Counted from the stretch's first letter, positions 27,072 to 36,316 are shown. The stretch: 64,000 nucleotides of DNA from Candidatus Bruticola sp. (GCA_051874735.1 JBJEGD010000004.1:96001-160000), one strand, 5' to 3'. Notes: generated by a model not told the origin, from the sequence alone. Numbers and translations are program-made.

Positions 27072-28217
27072 ATGCTGAATATGGAAAACCATCGATACCG
27101 CAGTTCGTTTCACGCTAATACTGGACCCGATCATGAAGAAGTTGCAGATAGCTATACTCATGAAGTTGAAAGTAGCGAGCCACATCAAGAGGGGGCCTCT
27201 GTACCCTTAAGTTTTGTAAATAATTCCCCCAGAAATCAGATACTTTCCGTAATATTTAAGTTTTGTTCCCGTATTTACAAGAAAATTTTAAGATCACTTC
27301 CTGGTAATATCGATGGTCAACTGCCGGGTAGATTTAAACTGCTCTATTCACTGTCATTTTTTATATTGTTTTTGGGATTTATTGCCTATCCTTTGGTGTT
27401 CCCATATATAGATGATGATGTAAGTTTGTATTGTACATTAGGCAGTTCTATGTCTTTTTTTATTAGTTTTATTATTCTAATTTCGCCTAGTTATGATCCT
27501 CCTGAAGAGTATATCGAAGATGATTATGAAACGGCCATAGAATCTTCTTTTTCTGAAGAAGAGTCTGAACCACTTACAATTGAATATTCTTATTCGCATT
27601 TCCAATATCTAATTTATACTTTGATAGCTGCTGCTATGGCTGCTATTGGCTACTACCTTATGATTTGTATTTATATATACATGCAAAAATATTATTTAAA
27701 CGATGCTTTAAATGTGAGTACGTCAATACACGTCATTGTGGCTATATTTATAGTGGTTGCCTCGTTTCTAACTTTTGGCAATTATTACCAAGAAACAGCT
27801 GTGATAACTTTGACAAATGAGGGTATAAAAGGAAAAATTAAGGGGCTTTTCTCTCTCAAAGATATAAAGGAAAGTTTTTACGCATCATTAGGACTCGGGA
27901 GTGTTCATGTCGATAGAGATGAGCTTCCCTCCGATTTGTTAGAAATGATCCCTTCTCTCCCCGTTCAAGATGAACTGGACTGGGAGTATTTTAAAGCTTT
28001 TTCCGTTCATCATGAGTGCATTGTATTGTGGTCCAAGCCTCCAGAAGAAAATTTTATGAGCCTGTTGTACATCACCGTAGGAGCAAGCCTTGAGCTAAAT
28101 CCTTCAATGCGCTTATTTATTCCGCAAAATGATCTTCAAAAAGTAACTAACTTTTTGTCCCATAAGCTAAAACAAGTGAAGTTCTATCCCAACGCCAGTC
28201 TTATTTACAGAATGTAA
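27072..28217 (+). CDS. Hypothetical membrane protein (~4 TM + C-terminal PH/YcxB-like domain)
   Basis: 381-aa ORF in AT-rich DNA; C-terminal ITLTNEGI..LDWEYFKAFS..IVLW..LFIP. Confidence 0.6.
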   Translation: MLNMENHRYRSSFHANTGPDHEEVADSYTHEVESSEPHQEGASVPLSFVNNSPRNQILSVIFKFCSRIYKKILRSLPGNIDGQLPGRFKLLYSLSFFILFLGFIAYPLVFPYIDDDVSLYCTLGSSMSFFISFIILISPSYDPPEEYIEDDYETAIESSFSEEESEPLTIEYSYSHFQYLIYTLIAAAMAAIGYYLMICIYIYMQKYYLNDALNVSTSIHVIVAIFIVVASFLTFGNYYQETAVITLTNEGIKGKIKGLFSLKDIKESFYASLGLGSVHVDRDELPSDLLEMIPSLPVQDELDWEYFKAFSVHHECIVLWSKPPEENFMSLLYITVGASLELNPSMRLFIPQNDLQKVTNFLSHKLKQVKFYPNASLIYRM

Positions 28218-28315
28218 ACATTTGTAAGTCTTTTTTGTCGCGAATATCAAACTTCAGTAGTTTATAATGGGATAAAGCTAGTGTAGCTTTAGAACGAACA
28301 AAGGGAATATGGGCA

Positions 28316-28984
28316 ATGGTAGATTATTTGCACATAATTAGAAACACAAATTTTACACAACATGTAAATTATTTAACTTCTCCAGATTATCTAGTTATAG
28401 ATCATAAAGTCTTCCGGGGACGCGGTTTGGCGAAATTGTGGTATATGTTAAAACCGTTGGTAGCGATAATTATATTTGTGGCTTTATTTACATATGTAAT
28501 GAACTTTAATGTTGGAGAATTTGAGCTTACTATTGCTTTCATTGTCCTTGCTTTGGCCTTATTTATAATATTTGGGGGCTCTGATGATGGCGATTTTGAT
28601 GTGAATTTAATATTCAGTGAGACTGGGCTGACTATGTTAGTTAATTCCCAAAATGGGCGGACTAATATGATTAAACATTACCCCACTTTCGCAAGTGTAT
28701 CTGGTGAAATGGCTTGGTCTCAGTTTAAAAGCTATTCTATAGTGCATCACGAGAAGCGAGGAACTGTTTCTATTAGGCTATGGCTGATTGATGAGCCTGA
28801 TAGCTGCTCTTACGATGAACTTAAGCTTAAAGAGCGACGTAATGTTGCTGTTGAATTCTTCCTTAATCCCATAGATAATCGCTATATCAAACTGGGAGAT
28901 TGTAAAATTACAGAACTTAAAGCTGGCGTCAAATTTCTGCAGGAACATTTGCCTTTGTATTCTGAATTTAAAGTCAGCGATTAG
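28316..28984 (+). CDS. Hypothetical membrane protein (2 TM + PH/YcxB-like domain)
   Basis: 222-aa ORF; LIFSETGL..MAWSQFKSYS..IRLW. Confidence 0.6.
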   Translation: MVDYLHIIRNTNFTQHVNYLTSPDYLVIDHKVFRGRGLAKLWYMLKPLVAIIIFVALFTYVMNFNVGEFELTIAFIVLALALFIIFGGSDDGDFDVNLIFSETGLTMLVNSQNGRTNMIKHYPTFASVSGEMAWSQFKSYSIVHHEKRGTVSIRLWLIDEPDSCSYDELKLKERRNVAVEFFLNPIDNRYIKLGDCKITELKAGVKFLQEHLPLYSEFKVSD

Positions 28985-29114
28985 CTTCCGCCTCATATTA
29001 ACAAAGGCTGGAATAGCTTTTTTTCATAAGAAAATAGGTGGATGCTGCAGCGGTTGAGCCTATATCATTTTTCTATATGGCAACTGTCTGAAAGTTTGTG
29101 TATAGGGTATAAGT

Positions 29115-29615
29115 TTGAGTAAAAAACATTATAAAAACAAGCAGAGCAATTCTAAAAATAAAGAAATTGCTTTGCCTTTAATTATTAGGCAGCATCCTGC
29201 CGTTAAGCGCCCTTGGTTGACTGCAGTTATTGTTCTTTTTTTGTTATTGATGATCTTCTCTATGTTCAGTTCTAAAGGAGGCTGGAGTAGTCTGCTAGTT
29301 CCGGCAGTTTTACTAGTGGTTATACTGCATGGCCTTATTCCTTATTTCGTTCCCACTACTTACACTTTTACTAAAGAACAGATCGAAGTGCGCCGTTTTG
29401 GTAAGCCTTCTGTGTTTAAGTGGGATGATTACCGCGCCTATTCTATGCAGAGCAATGGTTTTGTGCTTTGGATGGAAATGCATCCTGCCTCCAAAAGTTC
29501 TTCATTTTCCAAATATTTTAAAAGTTTGCGAAACTCTGTTTTTATTCCCCTCGATGAGGAATCTATGCAAATAGTTGAACCTCTGATTTCTCGCAAGTTA
29601 GTCAAGACCGATTAA
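29115..29615 (+). CDS. Hypothetical membrane protein (2 TM + PH/YcxB-like domain)
   Basis: Two TM segments, then PYFVPTTYTFTKEQIEV..FKWDDYRAYS..FVLW..VFIP. Confidence 0.65.
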   Translation: MSKKHYKNKQSNSKNKEIALPLIIRQHPAVKRPWLTAVIVLFLLLMIFSMFSSKGGWSSLLVPAVLLVVILHGLIPYFVPTTYTFTKEQIEVRRFGKPSVFKWDDYRAYSMQSNGFVLWMEMHPASKSSSFSKYFKSLRNSVFIPLDEESMQIVEPLISRKLVKTD

Positions 29616-29627
29616 TTAATAAGTGAT

Positions 29628-29945
29628 ATGAATATAAATTGGCGGGAAATGTGGTCCCTACAAGAACCTGTGTCTTCTGAAACTGAGCAGGCTAAAGTGG
29701 AAAATGATGTAAATCGATTAGCTCAGTTGGTAGTTTCCAGCCATTTAGGAGTTCCGGCTCTTTGGTTTTTGGAATCGTGCCGTCCGCTCCATTTTATAGG
29801 CAGTCAAGCTTTGTTTTTTCTTTCACCGGCTGCCAATATGTTCGGCTGGGGTGATTTATGTCGCCAGATGGCTAAAATTGCGGAGCAGCCTTCTCAAATG
29901 GAAGCTTTGATGGAAGCTATCGAGCAATTGGAAATTCAAAAATAA
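29628..29945 (+). CDS. Small helical hypothetical protein of the GlmL-like cluster
   Basis: PALWFLESCRPLHFIGSQALFFLSP; TAATG overlap with the ATPase gene. Confidence 0.7.
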   Translation: MNINWREMWSLQEPVSSETEQAKVENDVNRLAQLVVSSHLGVPALWFLESCRPLHFIGSQALFFLSPAANMFGWGDLCRQMAKIAEQPSQMEALMEAIEQLEIQK

Positions 29946-31747
29946 TGAACAGCACGATAAATAAAGATTCAATCGTTTCAATATTGGCTACAGATTGTGG
30001 CAGTACTACTACCAAAGCTATTCTCATAGAAAAGGGGCCTGAAGGTTTTCGCTTAAGAGCCAGAGGCGAGGCGCCTACCACTGTAGAAGCACCAGCTGAA
30101 GACGTCACTCAAGGTGTGCGCAATGCTGTTATGGAGCTTTCAGAAATTACTGGTCGCCCTCTTATCGATGATAAAGGTGAGCTGATTAAGCCTTACGATG
30201 GCAAGCAAGGAATAGATATTTATCTCTCCACTTCGTCTGCGGGTGGTGGTTTGCAAATGATGGTAGCTGGAGTTGTGGCCAAAATGAGTACGGAGAGTGC
30301 TCAAAGGGCCGCTCTAGGTGCTGGAGCTGTCGTGATGGAAACCCTCTCTTGTAATGATTCGCGCCGTCCTTATGAAAAAATAGAAATTATTCGAAAACTT
30401 CGGCCGGATATGGTACTTCTTTCTGGCGGAGTTGATGGCGGGGTTCAGAAACATGTAGTGGAAATGGCTCAAATATTTGGAGCTGCCGATCCGCGGCCTC
30501 GTTTAGGGGTAAATTATAAATTACCAGTTATTTTTGCCGGCAATCGGGACGTCCGCGAACAAGTAAAAAAAATATTAGGACATAAAACTGCTCTGGAAAT
30601 AGTTGATAACATTCGGCCTACTATGGAACGGGAAAACTTACAGCCCGCCCGTTTGAAAATTCAAAGTCAATTTTTAGAACATGTTATGGCGCATGCTCCA
30701 GGTTATCCCAAACTGATGGCTATGACTGACGAGCCCATTATGCCTACTCCGGCAGCAGTTGGCATGATTATGCAAAAAATTGCCTCAACTCGATCGATAA
30801 ATATACTTGGCGTTGATATCGGTGGAGCTACAACTGACGTTTTTTCTGTTTTTGACGGCAATTTCAATCGCACAGTCTCGGCCAATTACGGTATGAGCTA
30901 CTCGATATCTAATGTTGTGGCCGAAGCTGGTTTAAATAATGTTTTGCGTTGGGTACCCTTTGCAGTTGAAGAAGCTAAGCTGCGCAACAGTATAAAAAAT
31001 AAAATGATTCGTCCTACTTCTATTCCTTTTCTTATAGAAGATTTGGAAATAGAACAGGCTATTTGTCGAGAAGCTTTGCGCTTATCCTTTGAGCAGCACG
31101 CTCTCTTAGCTGATGGATTAAAGGGAGTTCAGCACCAAGCTGAGATAGGCTCTATCTTTAATCAGGGGGAAAAGAAAAGTTTAATTGATCCGATGCGTTT
31201 AGATATGCTTATAGGTTCAGGTGGCGTACTTTCTCATGCTCCGGAACGTTGGCAGACCGCTTGGATGTTAATAGATTCGTATCTTCCCTGCGGTGTGACT
31301 CAACTGGCTGTAGATTCCATATTTATGATGCCGCAATTAGGTGTGCTTTCGGCTATTATGCCTGAAGCTGCCGCCTATGTTTTTGAAAAAGATTGTCTGA
31401 TAGAGTTAGGCACTTGCATTGCTCCGCGTTTTACCAATGGACGGGCAGTAGCTGAGGGACAGGAAATTCTCAAAGTTGAATTTAGCCATGGTGAAACTTT
31501 AGTATTGCACATGGGTGAGATTATTGTGCGTAAGTTGCCCGTTGGAGAGAGCTTGCAGGCACGTTTAGTTCCTATAGGACGGACTGATATTGGAGCTGGA
31601 GCCGGTCGAGAAGCAGAATTTACTTTGAAGGGCGGTACTACTGGTCTTATTTTTGACGGTCGAGGGAGGGCTCCGTTTGTGCTGCCTGCAGAACGTTCAG
31701 AGCTTGTCAAAAAACTTCAGGAATGGAAGGCGGCTTTTAAAAAATAA
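29945..31747 (+). CDS. GlmL/MutL-like ('glutamate mutase L' family) ASKHA ATPase
   Basis: Phosphate-1 motif ILATDCGSTTTKA, TSSAGGGL and AALGAGA, PDMVLLSGGVDGG, IMPTP, phosphate-2 motif VDIGGATTDVFS, and adenosine motif IGSGGVLSH. Confidence 0.85.
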   Translation: MNSTINKDSIVSILATDCGSTTTKAILIEKGPEGFRLRARGEAPTTVEAPAEDVTQGVRNAVMELSEITGRPLIDDKGELIKPYDGKQGIDIYLSTSSAGGGLQMMVAGVVAKMSTESAQRAALGAGAVVMETLSCNDSRRPYEKIEIIRKLRPDMVLLSGGVDGGVQKHVVEMAQIFGAADPRPRLGVNYKLPVIFAGNRDVREQVKKILGHKTALEIVDNIRPTMERENLQPARLKIQSQFLEHVMAHAPGYPKLMAMTDEPIMPTPAAVGMIMQKIASTRSINILGVDIGGATTDVFSVFDGNFNRTVSANYGMSYSISNVVAEAGLNNVLRWVPFAVEEAKLRNSIKNKMIRPTSIPFLIEDLEIEQAICREALRLSFEQHALLADGLKGVQHQAEIGSIFNQGEKKSLIDPMRLDMLIGSGGVLSHAPERWQTAWMLIDSYLPCGVTQLAVDSIFMMPQLGVLSAIMPEAAAYVFEKDCLIELGTCIAPRFTNGRAVAEGQEILKVEFSHGETLVLHMGEIIVRKLPVGESLQARLVPIGRTDIGAGAGREAEFTLKGGTTGLIFDGRGRAPFVLPAERSELVKKLQEWKAAFKK

Positions 31748-31749
31748 AT

Positions 31750-32889
31750 ATGAGCAGTGCTTATGTCCCCGGTCTAAAAGTTACCGATCAAATTGAATTA
31801 AAAATAGAGCGTCGTTTACCCCTGAAAGGGAATGTAATTGTCAAAAAAGGGGATAGAGTCCGCTGGAATACTGTGGTGGCCAATACTTTCTTACCTGGAA
31901 GTGTAGAAATAGTTAATGTAGCTGCTAAGTTAGGAGTTGCTCCAGGTGAAGTTAGCCGGATTATGCTCAAACAGGAGGGTGATACCGTATTAAAAGGTGA
32001 TATTTTAGCTAGCAGCAAAGGATTTTTGGGTTTTTTTAAGTCTAATATTTTAGCGCCAATTAATGGTACTGTAGAGTCTGTGTCTGATGTGAGTGGTTTA
32101 GTAGTACTGCGGGCTGCTTCAGTACCGGTAGAAATAAAAGCCTATGTTGACGGAATTATAGAAGAAATTCTTCCTGAAGAGGGAGTGATTATCAAAACTG
32201 TTGCCTCTTATGTACAGGGGATTTTCGGCATAGGCGGAGAGACGGCAGGGGAACTATTTACCTTTACAGACTCAGCTCAGGAAGAAATGAAAATTGAAAA
32301 ATTGAGCTTTGAGCATAAGGGTAAAATTTTAGTAGGTGGTTCTTTAGTAACTGCCGAGTTTTTGCGCCGTGCTGTGGATATAGGAGTCCGGGCTGTAATA
32401 GTTGGCGGAATTTCTGATGCTGATTTAGCCGATTTCTTGGGCTTTGATTTAGGAGTAGCTATTACCGGATCTGAAAATAAAGGTATTACTTTAATTATTA
32501 CTGAGGGATTCGGTACTATAGCTATGGCGGAGCGTACTTTTGCTTTGCTTAAGCGTTATGCTGGCCGATGGGCTTCTGTTTCCGGAGCTACACAGATCAG
32601 AGCTGGAGTTATACGTCCGGAAATAATTGTCGCCAAAAACGAGGACGAGCAGGTGCAATTTCAGGAAAAAGCATCAGTCGCTCCTTGTATATCCGGACTG
32701 AGAGTCGGTTCTAGGGTTCGTTTAATTCGCGATCCTGATTTCGGTAAGCTAGCTAAAGTTACAGAGCTTCCGCACGAAGCTCAGCTTATACCTACTGGAG
32801 CTAAAGTTCGTGTAGCCAAAGTTGAGTTAGATGACGGCCGCTGTTTGTCTTTGCCTAGAGCTAATTTAGAAATTATAGAGGACCACTAA
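31750..32889 (+). CDS. Uncharacterised soluble protein: barrel-sandwich-hybrid repeats + alpha/beta domain + C-terminal KOW-like domain
   Basis: VIVKKGDRV, LKQEGDTVLKGDILA..APINGTV, GKILVGG...GVRAVIVGG, TQIRAGVIRPEI and LRVGSRVRLIRDP.FG..AKV. Confidence 0.7.
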   Translation: MSSAYVPGLKVTDQIELKIERRLPLKGNVIVKKGDRVRWNTVVANTFLPGSVEIVNVAAKLGVAPGEVSRIMLKQEGDTVLKGDILASSKGFLGFFKSNILAPINGTVESVSDVSGLVVLRAASVPVEIKAYVDGIIEEILPEEGVIIKTVASYVQGIFGIGGETAGELFTFTDSAQEEMKIEKLSFEHKGKILVGGSLVTAEFLRRAVDIGVRAVIVGGISDADLADFLGFDLGVAITGSENKGITLIITEGFGTIAMAERTFALLKRYAGRWASVSGATQIRAGVIRPEIIVAKNEDEQVQFQEKASVAPCISGLRVGSRVRLIRDPDFGKLAKVTELPHEAQLIPTGAKVRVAKVELDDGRCLSLPRANLEIIEDH

Positions 32890-32973
32890 AAAGTATTCTT
32901 TTTTTATTGCATCGGCAGGTATAAAGCTTATTTTGTAGGTAAGTGAAAGCAATATCAGTTGAGGTTTTTGCTT

Positions 32974-34872
32974 GTGAAAATTAACGATAATATAGGTGAA
33001 GCTAACGAAATCAGCTCTGTAAAAGAACAAGTTGGAAGCGAATTTCCGATAAATCAGGCAATATTGGAGTGGGCAAAAACTACCAATACCAATGTAAAAA
33101 CTTTGCCCGAGCTTATCCGGCGTACTGTAGATACTTACGGCAACAGTCCCTATCTGGGAGTTAGAGTCGGCAGTGAGTATATTTTTAAAACCTACAATGA
33201 AATTTACCAGGAGATAGTTTTTTTTGCTTCAGCTCTGTTAGGTATTGGCTGCCAGCCTGGAGATATGGTCGCTAATTTCTCTTCTAACTGTGTAGAATGG
33301 GCTGTAGTGGACTTCGGTTCGTCCCATGTAAAATGTATTCACGTACCCATGTACGCTACTTTGAGTCAAAGCGAGTTTGCCTATATTGTTAAAGATTGTG
33401 GAGCGAAAGTACTTTTTGTTCTAACTCAGGAGCAATTCAGCAAAGCTTTAGCTGTTGAAAGCGAACTTCCTGATTTGAAGCATATTGTAGTATCTTCGTC
33501 TGTCAGTTTAGAAGGTATTCACAGTAGTAAGCAACTTTGGACTTGGTCTGAGTTTTTAAGTTATGGTCGGGTTCATCTTAACAGTTACCAGGCTTGCATA
33601 GAAGACAGGGTCAGTTCCATAAAGACTACCGATGTAACTAGTATTATTTATACTTCAGGTACTACTGGCAATCCCAAAGGGGTCATGCTTATGCATGGCA
33701 ATTTCTGTAGCCAGGTTGATTCTTTAGATAAAATTATCGATATTACGCATGAAGATGTTCACTTATCATTTTTGCCTCTATCTCATGTGTTTGAGCGCAT
33801 ATTTTTTTATCTAAACAGCTATAAAGGGGCTTCTTTAGGCTTCGCTCAAAATTTAATTACTGTATTGCAGGACATGCAGGTTTTGCGTCCCACAACTTTT
33901 ACTAGTGTGCCGGCTCTCTACATAAAAATTCACGATCGCGCTATTTCTCGCATGACCGGTTTTAAGAGCAAACCTTTCAAATGGGCTATGAAGGTGGGAC
34001 GATCTTACAATGCTAATAAGCGCTTAGGCAAAGTTGATAAAGCTGGTCGTATCATTCACGCTATTACTCGTAGAATGCTATTTAGCGATTTATTTAAAAA
34101 ATTCGGCGGTCGCATCCGTTTGTTCGTTTCTGGCGGTGCTCCTCTGCCTGCCAATGTTTGTGAGTTTTTCCTCGATTTAGGCTTTACTATGCGTGAGGGG
34201 TATGGCTTAACTGAAACTAGTCCAGTTATTTGTATAAACAGGGCTACTGATATTTGTCCAGGATCGGTAGGCGAACCAGTCTTCTACAGCCAGGTTAAGA
34301 TTGCCGAAGATGGTGAAATCCTCACTAAAGGTCCTAATGTCATGCGCGGTTATTTTAAGAATTTGGAGGATACTCAAGAAGTTATAGACAGTGAAGGCTG
34401 GTTCCATACTGGTGATGTCGGTTATATGGAGGATAACAAAGTATTTATTACCGATCGCAAGAAAAATCTTTTAGTTTTGTCTAATGGGAAGAACGTAGCT
34501 CCTAGCCAGATTGAAGCGGCTATTTTGAAGAGCGAATGGATTACTTCTGCCGTTTTGGTTGGTAATAACCGCAGCTGCGTAGGCGCTATTATCGTACCTA
34601 ATTTTGAAAAACTGCGATCCTTCTGCGAAAAGAAAAATATAACTGCAGAAACTAATCGTGAAATGGTCAATCATGCTGCAGTACAAGAAATTATCTGCAG
34701 TGAAATCAACGAAGCCTGCGATTCTTTCTCGTCTTATGAGAAAGTTAAGCGTTTTTATATTTCAGATCGCGATTTCTCTTTTGCTATGGGAGAACTGACG
34801 CCTACTCAAAAAGTGAAGCGCCGCGAAGTTGAAAAGAATTTCAGCGCTGAGATAGATAAAATGTTTGGCTAA
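32974..34872 (+). CDS. fadD: Long-chain fatty acid-CoA ligase (AMP-binding enzyme)
   Basis: IYTSGTTGNPKG, SFLPLSHVFER, EGYGLTETSP and GWFHTGDVG..ITDRKK motifs. GTG start after gagg (alternative TTG at 32959). Confidence 0.9.
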   Translation: MKINDNIGEANEISSVKEQVGSEFPINQAILEWAKTTNTNVKTLPELIRRTVDTYGNSPYLGVRVGSEYIFKTYNEIYQEIVFFASALLGIGCQPGDMVANFSSNCVEWAVVDFGSSHVKCIHVPMYATLSQSEFAYIVKDCGAKVLFVLTQEQFSKALAVESELPDLKHIVVSSSVSLEGIHSSKQLWTWSEFLSYGRVHLNSYQACIEDRVSSIKTTDVTSIIYTSGTTGNPKGVMLMHGNFCSQVDSLDKIIDITHEDVHLSFLPLSHVFERIFFYLNSYKGASLGFAQNLITVLQDMQVLRPTTFTSVPALYIKIHDRAISRMTGFKSKPFKWAMKVGRSYNANKRLGKVDKAGRIIHAITRRMLFSDLFKKFGGRIRLFVSGGAPLPANVCEFFLDLGFTMREGYGLTETSPVICINRATDICPGSVGEPVFYSQVKIAEDGEILTKGPNVMRGYFKNLEDTQEVIDSEGWFHTGDVGYMEDNKVFITDRKKNLLVLSNGKNVAPSQIEAAILKSEWITSAVLVGNNRSCVGAIIVPNFEKLRSFCEKKNITAETNREMVNHAAVQEIICSEINEACDSFSSYEKVKRFYISDRDFSFAMGELTPTQKVKRREVEKNFSAEIDKMFG

Positions 34873-34887
34873 TTTTCCGCTTTTCGG

Positions 34888-35739
34888 TTAGCTTTTAATA
34901 GCTCCAGAGGTAATGCCTTTTATAAAGTGCTTTTGAATAGCCAGAAAAAATATTATCATAGGCAAAGCGGCCAAAAATGATCCTGCAGCCACGACCCGGA
35001 AATCGCTGTCAAAACTTGAGGACAGATAAGCTAGGCCTACGCTGATAGGGTAAAATTTTTCCGATTTTAAAATTACTAGTGGCCATAAGAAAGAGTTCCA
35101 GTTAGCTGTGAAGGCAAAGAGGGCTGCTGTCGAAAGCACCGGCATATTTAAAGGAAGACAAACGTGATAAAAAATAGCCCATTCGCCGCATCCATCCAGT
35201 CTGGCAGCATCTTCTAATTCTCGGGGAATGTTGAGAAATGCTTGACGGCATAGCAATACCGTAAAAACACTGACGGCGCCGGGAAGAATGACTCCTAGAA
35301 CAGTATCGTAAAGTCCTAAGGCTCTTATGGTAGTAAAATTTATAATGGTGTTAGCCTGACTAGGCAAAGCTAAGACGGCTGCCAATACTAACATGACAGC
35401 CTCTTTGCCTTTAAAAGTTAAACGGGCCAGGGGATAGGCTGCTAAAGCTGCTATACTTACTTCTAGTAGCACCCCTAAAATACAATACAGAACGGTGTTG
35501 ATAAAAAAACGAAGCAAAGGCAGCTGGTTATTAGCTGCAAACAGGCGCTCATAATATGCAGAGGTCCATCGCGTTGGCCAAAGCAAATGCAGTCCTGTTC
35601 CATAAACTCCATCAGCTTTCCAAGAAGTTATGAATAACCACCAAAATGGCATGATGGATATTGTACAGACTACAAAGACAAGGAGCCATCGGGGAGCTGA
35701 ACTCCATATTTTTTTTATATTTGTGCGCTTATTTATCAA
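34888..35739 (-). CDS. Carbohydrate ABC transporter permease (MalG-like)
   Basis: EAA loop IPRELEDAARLDGC, WNSFLWPL and QKHFIKGITSGAIK. Confidence 0.9.
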   Translation of the reverse strand: MINKRTNIKKIWSSAPRWLLVFVVCTISIMPFWWLFITSWKADGVYGTGLHLLWPTRWTSAYYERLFAANNQLPLLRFFINTVLYCILGVLLEVSIAALAAYPLARLTFKGKEAVMLVLAAVLALPSQANTIINFTTIRALGLYDTVLGVILPGAVSVFTVLLCRQAFLNIPRELEDAARLDGCGEWAIFYHVCLPLNMPVLSTAALFAFTANWNSFLWPLVILKSEKFYPISVGLAYLSSSFDSDFRVVAAGSFLAALPMIIFFLAIQKHFIKGITSGAIKS

Positions 35740-35750
35740 TTTTAGGCCAA

Positions 35751-36185
35751 TTATTCAAAGCAGCAGTTCTTATCTAGAGCATTTTTTTTCTTCTTTTTTA
35801 CGCCCTGGCTGCATTCGGCGCATATGCCGTATAAAAATACCACATGCTCATCTACGCTGAAACCGCTGGGAATATCATGAGTGTCAGCCCCAATACAGCA
35901 GTCTATTTCATAAACTTTTCCACAAGCCTTGCAGTGAAAATGATGGTGATGATGTTTACCGGAAAGCTCATAGCGCATGCCTTCGCCAGGTAGTTCAACA
36001 GTTTTAAATACACCCTCTTCAGTAAGGTACTTTACACTGCGGTAAACGGTAGCTATACCTAAACTAGGAAGATACTGCTGAGCTACTTGTAAAATTTCTT
36101 GTGGAGATAAGGGGCGATCTGCGTCCTGGACGACTTGGCAGATAATCTTTCTCTGTTTCGTTCCGCGTCGGACAACTTTACTCAC
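35751..36185 (-). CDS. Fur-family transcriptional regulator
   Basis: TKQRKII, LGIATVYRS, HHHHHFHCKACG and YGICAEC motifs. Confidence 0.92.
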   Translation of the reverse strand: MSKVVRRGTKQRKIICQVVQDADRPLSPQEILQVAQQYLPSLGIATVYRSVKYLTEEGVFKTVELPGEGMRYELSGKHHHHHFHCKACGKVYEIDCCIGADTHDIPSGFSVDEHVVFLYGICAECSQGVKKKKKNALDKNCCFE

Positions 36186-36274
36186 AATAGACCTCTTTTT
36201 TTATTGTCGAAAATATTCTACAGCCAGATGACAGGCTAAACGCATAAGCAATTAGCATTTTATGTTAAAAGACA

Positions 36275-36316
36275 AATAAATACCAGAGCAGCATAAAGAA
36301 TGCTCTGGTATTTATT
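36275..36316 (-). terminator. Terminator hairpin downstream of the 36381-38348 gene
   Basis: Perfect 16-bp stem aataaataccagagca (36275-36290) / tgctctggtatttatt (36301-36316). Confidence 0.7.

Noticed and set aside
27000-29100. AT-rich segment as a mobile element
   Set aside because: No integrase, transposase, terminal repeats or target-site duplication seen. The ORFs look like paralogs of the neighbouring gene.
29945-31747. DNA mismatch-repair MutL
   Set aside because: Name coincidence only. The motifs are ASKHA-type, not GHKL.
24791-32889. Cluster as an Rnf/Nqr or Na+-decarboxylase complex
   Set aside because: No Fe-S Cys clusters, convincing FMN-attachment site or biotin-attachment motif. 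Only the generic barrel-sandwich hybrid is shared.
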